A DNA stretch of 64,000 nt from a virus, in the IMG/VR virus record IMGVR_UViG_3300001765_000030, positions 96,001-160,000 of that record. One strand, given 5' to 3'. The first letter of the stretch is position 1. Each line of letters begins with the position of its first letter. Shown here one piece after another: positions 49,001 to 57,158 of this stretch. Under the pieces are notes generated by a model. It had not been told where the DNA came from, did not search any database, and worked only from the letters and a program-made list of their open reading frames with translations. A program made the position numbers and the translations under genes.

Positions 49001-52000
49001 CTTCAGGTACAGACTTCTTAGTTGACCCAGTAATTTTCGAAAGTACATCTCCGATAGCTCCTAGACCACCCTTAGCACCTTCTTGAACTGCCCCAAGGAT
49101 GTTTCCAAGTGGTCCATCAAAAGTTCTCTGAGCCCAGTTCTTCTGTTTACCTAAAAGTTTTGAACGTATAGCTTGAACTTCTCCGACGAGAATATTCAAT
49201 GCTTCCTTCTGAGTATATTCTTTTCCACCATTAAGTGCATCTTCAGGACTATCAAACTTTTCAAGACCAGCTTCAGGATCTTTGCCAGCTATCATTTTCT
49301 TAAGACGTTGACCAATTCCTGATGTTACATCTCCTGCAAATCCTGGAATTGAACTGAACCATTTAGCAATATTTCCACCAGCTACACCTAAACCAGGAGC
49401 AGCTTTTCCGAAAGCTGTCGTAATTGCTCCACCGGCATCGGCAATACCGCCTGCAACACGTTGGATCAATCCGCCTTTAATATTACCAATTAATTCCCAA
49501 GCTTCAGGAGTATTCTTAGGATTGAGACCAATATTCTTACCTTTAGGAAGAAGGTTCTTATAAGCTTTACCTTTATAAGAAACTATTCGTCCTTTTTTAT
49601 AAGATTCGGTTTCATCCCATGGAATATGTTTACCAGTTCCACTACCTTTAAGTGCATCACCGGCTCCACTCAAAATACTTCCATAAAACCCTGCAGTGGC
49701 TGAAAATGCTTTACCAAATCCATCACCAATACCGCGAATCAATCCGCCAGTTTTACTGAGTTTTCCAACACATTCCCAAGCTTCAGGAGTATCTTTAGGT
49801 TTAAGACCAATATTCTTACCTTTAGGAAGAAGACTCTTATAAGCTTTACCTTTATAAGAAACACCTTGACCTTTTTTATAAGACTCGGTTTCATTCCAAT
49901 TTGGATATTTGGTTTTATCGCCACTTCCCCCAAGGAAGTCGCCTACTGCAGTTCCTGCAGCTCCTAATACTCCGCCAAGACCTACGAGACCACCTTTAAC
50001 AACCCCTGTATATCCGGTACCTATATCGCCAAATCTTGACACAGTCCATTTTGCAAAACGTCTTCCACGCTGAATCCACTTAGAAGTTCCCTTATTGATC
50101 TCGACACTAGTTCTCCCAAACAGCCCCTTACCTTTAATTTTGATATTAAGTCCAGCCTTTTTCATCTTTTCTATAATATCTTCGGGTAAACCTGGTAATT
50201 GGAGAGACATCAATATCTTTCCAAGACCTTCAAGATTATTCTGAAAACCGCTATTAAGATCATTTACCGCATCTACAACTCTCTGGAAATCTTTTTCATT
50301 CGATTTCTGAAGAGATTCCAATGCAGTAATCAATGATTTCTGATCAAAACCAATATCTTTATTTTTAGTAGTTCCGCGTTTAGACGTTCCTTTCTTCATA
50401 AGATCAAATATACTTGAAACTTTTGAATCTATTGATCCAAGAAGCTTATGTACAGTTTTATCTTCAGAATTGATAGTCTGATTAACGGTAGTTGAAGAAG
50501 GTTTAGGAGTTGAACCAGTATTGAATCCTCCAAGATAATCCGCTTCAGAAGCACCATGGCCAGGATTTGCAACAGGTGCATTAGGATCAACATATCTTGA
50601 AACAAACACCCAGAAATCAGTTTCATTTTCAGGATCTCTACCTAAATTTCTACCCTTTTTACTCTTACGAGTGTCAAGAGCTTTATAGATAGCACCATTC
50701 CGAATAACCTGTCTACCTGAAAAGTATTCGGTTTTAGGATCCCAAGGCACTGGTTTATTTCTAGCTTGAGTATTTAATTCATTTTCAAGAAGATTTGTAT
50801 CTACAGATCTTCCATGAATATCTTCTCCAAGTTGACCAAGTCCACGTTTAGCACGTTTGCCCAATCTCTCGCCAAGTCTTAAACCCTTAATACTTTCATC
50901 AAACTCGTTATTCCCTTCATGTCGACTTTTCTTAAGAACTTTGGAATCGGAGTTCGTATTTTCATGCGCCCCCACCATTCCTTTGAATCCCATTTCGGTA
51001 AAATTATCAAGTTGTCTTTGAATATCAGCATTCTGTTTATCAACGATAGACTCTGCAGATTCCGAGAAATCCATATCATCGCCAAAGAGAAGTTTATGAA
51101 TCATCTTCTCAACAGAATCAGTTCCTTTAAGAACTCCTCTACTAACCTTACCTTTAAGACCTTTGTCGCCACCTTTTTTATCCAGCTGAGACAACAATGC
51201 TTTTGAAGATAATCCGCTGGTGTATTGATATAACTGAGCTTCGAGTTTTTGTTTCATCAACTCATCAAGTTTATCTTGAATCTCAGCATCACGAATTGCG
51301 GAATCTTCTTTAGATTTTCTAGCAGCTTCTTTATGGGAAACCTTTTTAGTTTCAGCAAATTCCGCAACGCCTTTTTTAGGATATACTATAATCCCTTCAA
51401 GCATCAACTCATAGATATTTGATAAAACGTTTAAAGGACTCGCACCAGATCTACCATCTGCGGCTTCTTGACCAACATCAGTAGTCTGGAAATCTTCCAT
51501 TACCTTTGAACGTCCGCCATATTTAAGGGCGTGTTCTTCTTCCATTTTACGACGTTTAATCTTATTCTGATTATACGCAAACTGGTTGGTAATATTTCCA
51601 TCTTTATCGATATACTTATAACTAAGGTCCAAAGTATCAATATTTCGAACTGCAGCTTCTTCTTGTTCACGATATGCTTTATCTGCAAGGAATGATCCTC
51701 CAGCAGCATTATCGTACATTTCAGGAACTTCTTCTTTATAAAATTTCTTAACCTTAGTTTGTACATCTCCAAGACTTAACGCAAAGTAATTCTGGTCGAC
51801 CTGGGCCATACCATTCTTACCTTTATCCTGGAATGCAAATTGGAAGATTTTTAATGATCTTTCATCTTGAACGCCAGTAAGGAGAGCCTTCTTATATCCC
51901 TCATCTTTTTCAACACGACCAGGAGTAAATTCGCCAGTACCAGTTGCAATATTGTTAAATATTGTTTCAAAATCGAGACTTAAAGTATTACGATCAATTT

Positions 52001-53504
52001 TAAACTTTTCAGCTAGCTCTGGAACTCTTACTAAGAATTTCTCCTTAACTTTATTCCATTTATTCGAACTACTGAATGCAGTTTTCTTACGGTTGTCAAA
52101 CTCTAATTCCGCATGTTTAGCAGATTTAAATATACCGGTTTTATGATCGAAATATTCCTCACCCTTACCACCTACAGCAGACAATATCTTTCCAAGGAAT
52201 CCTGGAATAGCTTTAGTAACTGTACTGTAGAATTTCTGGTCAAATGTAGCTTTAGCATTAAGATCTTTAACGCCGAGATCTACATTTACAGCAGAAGATT
52301 CTCGTATACCAAGAGTAGATCCAATCATATTCAAAATAGGATTTTCACTATTCATCGCCATTGTAACAAATTTGTTATTCATGGCCCCCATTAATCCACC
52401 GAATGAATCATTCAATGTATCTAATGAGGTTTTAGCTTGCTGATTGAGGAATAGACCTGGAATCATAGGCAAAAGAGTGCTCATAACCTGCTCACCAGCA
52501 GATTTCTTAGGACCCATTCCGTCTAACATCGACATAGTTCCTAAAGAACTCATTATCATCCCTATAGGAGATGACATGATCATATCGCCAATGTTTTTTC
52601 CTACACCCTTACCATATTCTCCACCATCAAACCCACCGCCGAATATCTGACCAAGAACAGATCTTTCCCTATCAACTCGTTCGTTTGATGGAGTGAAAGT
52701 TTGCTCTTTGATTATATTCAATAATGACACTGTATCCTGTTGCATAGCGAGAGATTTCTCACTATACTCCATTTGAGCAGCAGCAGATTTTACTCCAATA
52801 TCTCCAATGAATGCGGTAATTTTCGCAACGTTGGAATCAATACTAGCCAAGTAACCGACACTCTGCATATGTCTCGCAGTATCTCGATTCTCTTTGCCAG
52901 CATACATCTTCGTAGTCTGTTTAGTATTTGCTCTAAATATATTGAGATTTACATCAGTAAGAGCATTGGTTGAAGCAACTGTAGCATTGACCATTTTCTT
53001 GGCACTAGCATTATTTGCATCTACAAATGCGCCTTCATCTGAACCAGATGAATCATCGTCAAAGTCTTCCATTCCCATATCGAACGAAAACCCTTTGTTA
53101 GCTCCAAATGTCAAATCTCCACTGGTGATAGCCTTCTTCATATCTGTAAAGAATTCTTTTTGGAATTGTTTTACACTATCTTTAAAAGTCTTATCGCCCA
53201 TCTTATCTTTAGCAAACTTTGTTGCAACATCAAGTTTAGCCGCAGCTTGTTCCTTGAGTTCATCCTTAGCAACTCCAAGTTCTCTAACAATTCCCGTCAT
53301 TTCTGGCAGGAACATGTCAACCGTTCCAGTTACAGCTTTTTTAGCAGATCCAAGAAGGTTTTTGGCATAGCTTTTGAATGTAACTTTCCCATCGGAATCA
53401 GTTTGCGGATCGGAACCGAAATCATCCCCCATGGGGAAAAATTCGTCCATCCCGAGATCAAAATCATCTCCAAGATCATCGAATTCGTCGTCTACCTTAC
53501 CCAT
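46062..53504 (-). CDS. Tape-measure-like giant tail protein (phiKZ gp181-like) with three CBM5/12-like modules
   Basis: 2480 aa; acidic D/F-rich N-terminus; long G/A-rich helical tracts; W...Y..G..V.Y.G..YK...W modules. Confidence 0.75.
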   Translation of the reverse strand: MGKVDDEFDDLGDDFDLGMDEFFPMGDDFGSDPQTDSDGKVTFKSYAKNLLGSAKKAVTGTVDMFLPEMTGIVRELGVAKDELKEQAAAKLDVATKFAKDKMGDKTFKDSVKQFQKEFFTDMKKAITSGDLTFGANKGFSFDMGMEDFDDDSSGSDEGAFVDANNASAKKMVNATVASTNALTDVNLNIFRANTKQTTKMYAGKENRDTARHMQSVGYLASIDSNVAKITAFIGDIGVKSAAAQMEYSEKSLAMQQDTVSLLNIIKEQTFTPSNERVDRERSVLGQIFGGGFDGGEYGKGVGKNIGDMIMSSPIGMIMSSLGTMSMLDGMGPKKSAGEQVMSTLLPMIPGLFLNQQAKTSLDTLNDSFGGLMGAMNNKFVTMAMNSENPILNMIGSTLGIRESSAVNVDLGVKDLNAKATFDQKFYSTVTKAIPGFLGKILSAVGGKGEEYFDHKTGIFKSAKHAELEFDNRKKTAFSSSNKWNKVKEKFLVRVPELAEKFKIDRNTLSLDFETIFNNIATGTGEFTPGRVEKDEGYKKALLTGVQDERSLKIFQFAFQDKGKNGMAQVDQNYFALSLGDVQTKVKKFYKEEVPEMYDNAAGGSFLADKAYREQEEAAVRNIDTLDLSYKYIDKDGNITNQFAYNQNKIKRRKMEEEHALKYGGRSKVMEDFQTTDVGQEAADGRSGASPLNVLSNIYELMLEGIIVYPKKGVAEFAETKKVSHKEAARKSKEDSAIRDAEIQDKLDELMKQKLEAQLYQYTSGLSSKALLSQLDKKGGDKGLKGKVSRGVLKGTDSVEKMIHKLLFGDDMDFSESAESIVDKQNADIQRQLDNFTEMGFKGMVGAHENTNSDSKVLKKSRHEGNNEFDESIKGLRLGERLGKRAKRGLGQLGEDIHGRSVDTNLLENELNTQARNKPVPWDPKTEYFSGRQVIRNGAIYKALDTRKSKKGRNLGRDPENETDFWVFVSRYVDPNAPVANPGHGASEADYLGGFNTGSTPKPSSTTVNQTINSEDKTVHKLLGSIDSKVSSIFDLMKKGTSKRGTTKNKDIGFDQKSLITALESLQKSNEKDFQRVVDAVNDLNSGFQNNLEGLGKILMSLQLPGLPEDIIEKMKKAGLNIKIKGKGLFGRTSVEINKGTSKWIQRGRRFAKWTVSRFGDIGTGYTGVVKGGLVGLGGVLGAAGTAVGDFLGGSGDKTKYPNWNETESYKKGQGVSYKGKAYKSLLPKGKNIGLKPKDTPEAWECVGKLSKTGGLIRGIGDGFGKAFSATAGFYGSILSGAGDALKGSGTGKHIPWDETESYKKGRIVSYKGKAYKNLLPKGKNIGLNPKNTPEAWELIGNIKGGLIQRVAGGIADAGGAITTAFGKAAPGLGVAGGNIAKWFSSIPGFAGDVTSGIGQRLKKMIAGKDPEAGLEKFDSPEDALNGGKEYTQKEALNILVGEVQAIRSKLLGKQKNWAQRTFDGPLGNILGAVQEGAKGGLGAIGDVLSKITGSTKKSVPEDSNKTGLNREGSSQDQERDQKEEDKAASEKKMADTLVEIRDNLKEQRKSRKKDQEDLIKGFEKSEIGKNLEDIERNVLISGAGGLLGGGGIGGKFSKFAKGAKIAGKIGLGAAAVGVTAYAGKKLYEKSNSQSSKEVFEDGTVGDRISHQTGTSGSSSFSSSGREMSESEKSARSTSVFKARAPMLMALGFGYKKLFSGLGDVGKAGVNIAKRGIDAGKKIPVVKNIISKLEDLVQKVLKSKQVMKITKGKFGTAVLQAVKSIINPKVLASPAASKGILKSLAKYAGGPVGIALLVNDFITGMDSANRYFELGRGAKVSFGMRLTAGVANMLSCLLFGFIPSAKIAKMIFGLLGNAGEKEFAADFQVFMGKKATILRVEHKRLMEYETKNFWERIFGSKKSNSKLLNFKTIGDFEEWLEKIYKPVEDLRKKIAKPYGGDDVVNAIPKNENHEAKINNFRSEFLKAAESLVKGVKLVAASVKTPEDEKAMTSKEPVDAIDEKAIKPTTPVASVTPAVTTASVAASAAVDTPTPPNVAKKPGASPVAAPTGPKKAAVDPKANDKGRKKIDEINESVGVDKAKDIKPSKGDVAKVASVGIVSKSIDKASQSKKSEPKDVGNITSTTEKKVENSPVADNMMNMSNAINTELGALKAIYAEQSRHNIIDESMTSKLVELLTILVDNSKATYDSDISRNEILAKQLLAEVDPKSRKRLLDEQKKANKAPSLMEKFKGLFGDSDLNQDGKSDTFGEKFKSAFGGGGGDTGSMSFQETGEGTGMTDSSGQVIDLANGDQKLLGDGSLDDGKTAEQNAPTGTGGGQIGDLKSQAAIDKYKQQNKVTTFKGNAIVEDPKKLSDWIQKSISGWGATHEKAGTVAMNFEGTKIGDVTYYTPKNKKGDIITMRKFLNGDVEYGIDNSQADAFRISAEGRIFGKDVKTAVLRENYSDNTKKSGTAKAAPVATGSKNTPTKEALDKSVATGKSK
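49494..49898. repeat. Two 126-bp direct repeats (49494-49619, 49773-49898), period 279 bp
   Basis: About 13 mismatches in 126 bp by hand alignment; in frame; encode the duplicated CBM-like module. Confidence 0.9.
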
Positions 53505-53516
53505 ACTATACCTTTA

Positions 53517-54215
53517 TTATTTCTGATTTATCATGAAACGTTCCTTAAGTTTCTCAACTATAAGTTCCTGTAAATTGATATCTCCTAAAGATTTTATCTT
53601 CAGATTAGATATAAGTACTGGAGTATATTTGACAAGCTCAGGAACCTTATCAGGATCTGTTTTTCCGAATACTACAAACTCTTCTATTTTACCACGAACT
53701 TCGTCATCAACCCATTCAGCGTATTCTGTCATGAATCGTCTCCAATTTCCTTCAACCATTCGAGCATGTACTCTAAGTTCTCCGGAATGAATAAGCTGAT
53801 GCGCTGTAGGGTTAACTGGTACTAATCCTACAAGAAATTCGTAATGTAATAGATTTACTTCTTCTTCAACTCTCCAAGGTTCGATATGAGGATCTTCAGT
53901 ATCCATAGCATAGAATTTTCTAGCTACAGCGTATGTTATATCAAAGAGAGTTAAAGGAGCATGATGCAATTCAATTGTAAAACCATTTTCCATAGAGTAA
54001 TCTTTATAGAATGAACAATGACTAATATTCATAGTCTTTTTCATATAATCAATAAGATTGCGATATTCAATAGTTTTACGTACACGATTAGTTATATACT
54101 TGACAAGAGGTTCATCAAGTACACGATATTTACCATCATATGAAGGACATGGTAAATCTTCGTAACTATACACTTTTGGCACAATTACAGGTTTATTTTC
54201 GTTTTCACTACTCAT
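53517..54215 (-). CDS. HNH-like (beta-beta-alpha-Me) protein
   Basis: HCSF...IELHHAPLT...LVPVNPTAHQLIH pattern. Confidence 0.55.
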   Translation of the reverse strand: MSSENENKPVIVPKVYSYEDLPCPSYDGKYRVLDEPLVKYITNRVRKTIEYRNLIDYMKKTMNISHCSFYKDYSMENGFTIELHHAPLTLFDITYAVARKFYAMDTEDPHIEPWRVEEEVNLLHYEFLVGLVPVNPTAHQLIHSGELRVHARMVEGNWRRFMTEYAEWVDDEVRGKIEEFVVFGKTDPDKVPELVKYTPVLISNLKIKSLGDINLQELIVEKLKERFMINQK

Positions 54216-54235
54216 AATATTTCCTTTTATTATTT

Positions 54236-54249
54236 TACATTATTATGTC
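54236..54249 (-). promoter_or_regulatory. Late-type promoter variant
   Basis: GACA-TAATAA-TGTA upstream of the HNH-like/tape-measure operon. Confidence 0.5.
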
Positions 54250-54290
54250 TCTTGCATATTCTTATCATTTAATATTTTAAAAATTTTATC

Positions 54291-54309
54291 ATGTCTATAT
54301 TAAGTAATG
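54291..54309 (+). promoter_or_regulatory. Early-type promoter motif
   Basis: ATGTCTATATTAAGTAATG, nearly identical to the 32085 copy. Confidence 0.55.
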
Positions 54310-54343
54310 ATATAAACTAATTTCATTTATCTTGGGGGATAAC

Positions 54344-54658
54344 ATGATGAATTACATTGATGTCGAGGATTTGAAAACTCAAATTCATGAGACGTTTCAG
54401 ATTAATGTTGACGAAGAATCTTTTATAAGATTCTACAACCACATTGCGCACATGTGGAAATCTGTGCAAGAGTTTCGCGATACACACATTAGAAACATCC
54501 ATGGCGAAGATGCTTCTATATATGTTGTGGACGACATATGTGTAAGTATTGAAGAATATGTTAGACAATGCGATATAAATCGCATTGTTAACAGTCTCGC
54601 GACGTATGAGATTGAGCACAAAACTTCAATGCGTGAAGCATATGAAGAGTGTGCATAA
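54344..54658 (+). CDS. Small hypothetical protein
   Basis: GGGGGA RBS; early-type motif at 54291. Confidence 0.65.
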   Translation: MMNYIDVEDLKTQIHETFQINVDEESFIRFYNHIAHMWKSVQEFRDTHIRNIHGEDASIYVVDDICVSIEEYVRQCDINRIVNSLATYEIEHKTSMREAYEECA

Positions 54659-54686
54659 AGATATGGGGATCTCTCCCCATATCTTT
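54657..54686. terminator. GGGGA/TCCCC-family hairpin
   Basis: aaagatatggggatctctccccatatcttt + T-run. Confidence 0.8.
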
Positions 54687-54694
54687 TTTTGTCT

Positions 54695-56572
54695 TTAGCG
54701 ACTACGGGCAGCATTATAAATGGTACTATCACCAGGCATAACACTAAGGAATTGGTTAGAAGCCACAAGGTTTCCAACAGTTCCAAATACAGCAGACATC
54801 AGCTCAAGATCAGTATTTCCAGGAACGATAGGTGTTGGAACATCATCGCTCAAAGAAGAGATCTTTCCAGATACAAGGTTAAATACCGCAGGAGCTTCCT
54901 CGACAGAATCTTCATATACAGATTTAACGATTGCATTGTACACAGATGTATCTTTTCCAACCATGTTACCGACTGCAGTAAGGTATGCTGTAGAGAATGC
55001 GTCATCAACAAATTCAAGAATATCAGAAATGATACGCTTCAAATTTTCAGGATCATTTCCGACGATAACGTGTTTATCTTTAGCAATAAGTGCAGTTACA
55101 ACTTCATTGATGATCTCATCCTTATGGAATTTGATCGCATGAGAAACAGATACGTTACCACCGAGAGAGAACCCGTAAGTAGTTGCAGATTCACATGCCG
55201 CTTTCACGTCATCATAAATAAGCTTCTTAGCACGACGTTCTTTATCGCTTACGCCACCAACTTTAATCATATTCATGTCGCTATTAAGCATAGCAATACG
55301 GCGTTTGTGAGATTCTACGCTAGAGAAAGCAAGAATGCCTTCATTAGATTCGATCTCTTTGATACGCTCTTCGATATGTTTAATACGTTCATGGATAACA
55401 GTCTGATCACCTGCACCACGACGGATACGGGTACTAAGCTGCGTACCTTTAAACTCTGCGGCAGAACCAAGGAATTTTTCAATGAATTCAACGTTGTTTT
55501 TGAATTCAAGAACTTTACCTTTACGAGTATCCGCAACGTTACAACCAAGGATAATACGAAGATCTTCAAGACGATCTTTTGATTTTTCACTACCAGTGTC
55601 AATCATAAGTGCCGCAAGAGGTTCTTTCGCATGCTGATACTGAACGTTATTGTTACCAGTGAATGGATAATCGATACAACGTTTCTGAATCTCCATACGC
55701 ACAGGCTGATCATAGTCTTTTGCAACAATAACAAGAGGTTTTTTCTTGTCATAGATTACATAGTCAATGATCTTATTGAGGTTAGGAAGATCGTTTTCTG
55801 TCAGTGGACCGTTTACAAGGAAGAAGTGAGGATTTTCAAGTCGACATGTAATACGGTCAACGTGGTTTGCCATGACCGGATCAATGAATCCTGCACCAAA
55901 TTCGAAGCCCATTTCTTCTTCAACAATAGTTTCATCACCAGTTCCCTGTTCAACTGTGATATAAACGTGGTTTGTTGCACGTTTAATATACAAATCCGCA
56001 ACACGGTTTGCAATTTCAAGATTGTTATTTGAAGATGTTTTCGCAACATGACGGATAAGATCGTTTTCTCTTTCACGAGTCATATTCTTAAGGATGTAAA
56101 GACCTTCTTTTGTAAGAAGAACTTTCTCAAGAACGATACGAATCTCTTCAAGGATAGAGATGAAAGAAATCGGAGGAAGGATACAACCGATACTTGGATG
56201 AGCCTGACGAATGTCATAGTTTTTAAGAAGCTCATACAGTCTGTAACCGATAATGATACCGGAAGTCGTACTGTCACCAAGTTCATTATTCATACGTTTT
56301 GAGATATCCATAATGATAAGAGAGATGAAGAATTTCAACTGGTCATTGAATTTGTATTCACTAACCACAGTAAATCCATCTTTCGTAGGGTATACAGGAA
56401 CTGCGGCATCGATGTTTGATACCATAGTATATCCGCCGCCAGGCCCAAGAGTGTTTGCAATACTTTCAGCCATATGTTTGAAAGTAAAGTCTACAACTTC
56501 ATGGAATTTTTCACTACCTACGATATTTTTATCGTTAAGAACTTCTGAGATTTCACGCATTGGTTTTGACAT
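54695..56572 (-). CDS. groEL: Phage chaperonin (GroEL-like)
   Basis: IANTLGPGG, PTKDGFTV, ELGDSTTS, LVNGPL, IVAKDY, IKVGG and LGGNVS motifs. Confidence 0.92.
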   Translation of the reverse strand: MSKPMREISEVLNDKNIVGSEKFHEVVDFTFKHMAESIANTLGPGGGYTMVSNIDAAVPVYPTKDGFTVVSEYKFNDQLKFFISLIIMDISKRMNNELGDSTTSGIIIGYRLYELLKNYDIRQAHPSIGCILPPISFISILEEIRIVLEKVLLTKEGLYILKNMTRERENDLIRHVAKTSSNNNLEIANRVADLYIKRATNHVYITVEQGTGDETIVEEEMGFEFGAGFIDPVMANHVDRITCRLENPHFFLVNGPLTENDLPNLNKIIDYVIYDKKKPLVIVAKDYDQPVRMEIQKRCIDYPFTGNNNVQYQHAKEPLAALMIDTGSEKSKDRLEDLRIILGCNVADTRKGKVLEFKNNVEFIEKFLGSAAEFKGTQLSTRIRRGAGDQTVIHERIKHIEERIKEIESNEGILAFSSVESHKRRIAMLNSDMNMIKVGGVSDKERRAKKLIYDDVKAACESATTYGFSLGGNVSVSHAIKFHKDEIINEVVTALIAKDKHVIVGNDPENLKRIISDILEFVDDAFSTAYLTAVGNMVGKDTSVYNAIVKSVYEDSVEEAPAVFNLVSGKISSLSDDVPTPIVPGNTDLELMSAVFGTVGNLVASNQFLSVMPGDSTIYNAARSR

Positions 56573-56925
56573 TATTTCTTTTCCTTTGGAGTTGTTTCTT
56601 CATGTTTAAATCCTACAACGATTGTTTTATTCGTTGTAGTAATGTGAGGATCTTTACAGTTATCCGTGATAAGTTCTCTAAACTTATTCGCGTCAGTAAT
56701 AGATTCCCCAGGTATTTCGAATGAAATATTGTGCTTTTCATCCACTACAGCTTTAGGAACGATTATATTCGCAGCATCTGTTGCCTTCTGAAAATGAGAA
56801 AGCCCATTAAACATTCCGGTAACATCTCCTACACATTTTCTGTGAAGGATCTCTTTATTTCCTCCACTACCATTCACGACATCCTGCGCAAATTGAGTTA
56901 ATGTTGGTTTTTGTTCTTTATTCAT
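56572..56925 (-). CDS. Hypothetical protein
   Basis: Coupled to groEL by a TAATG overlap; no GroES signature. Confidence 0.7.
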   Translation of the reverse strand: MNKEQKPTLTQFAQDVVNGSGGNKEILHRKCVGDVTGMFNGLSHFQKATDAANIIVPKAVVDEKHNISFEIPGESITDANKFRELITDNCKDPHITTTNKTIVVGFKHEETTPKEKK

Positions 56926-56933
56926 GTTATCCT

Positions 56934-57158
56934 CTAGGGAGCGAATGCTCCTATCAATTTATCGAAACCGTCGGTATTAAGGGTCTTACGCTCTATATTT
57001 TGGAGTCTAGCTTTGACCATAGCTCTCATCATCGGCACGTCCATATACAAGATATCGTTAAAAGAGAGTCGTCCACTGAACAACTCTCCTACTGAATCTA
57101 ACATAGATGCGAAAGATAGCCTTACATCAGTATTGGCTTCTTTCATTTCATCTGTCAT
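56934..57158 (-). CDS. Small protein, possible tail/baseplate assembly chaperone (T4 gp51/gpT-like)
   Basis: LSFNDILYMDVPMMRAMVKARLQ resembles the short helical partner of gp26-type chaperones; ATGA overlap. Confidence 0.4.
   Translation of the reverse strand: MTDEMKEANTDVRLSFASMLDSVGELFSGRLSFNDILYMDVPMMRAMVKARLQNIERKTLNTDGFDKLIGAFAP

Noticed and set aside
56572-56925. GroES assignment for the ORF next to groEL
   Set aside because: No PL.DRV or mobile-loop GGI motif.
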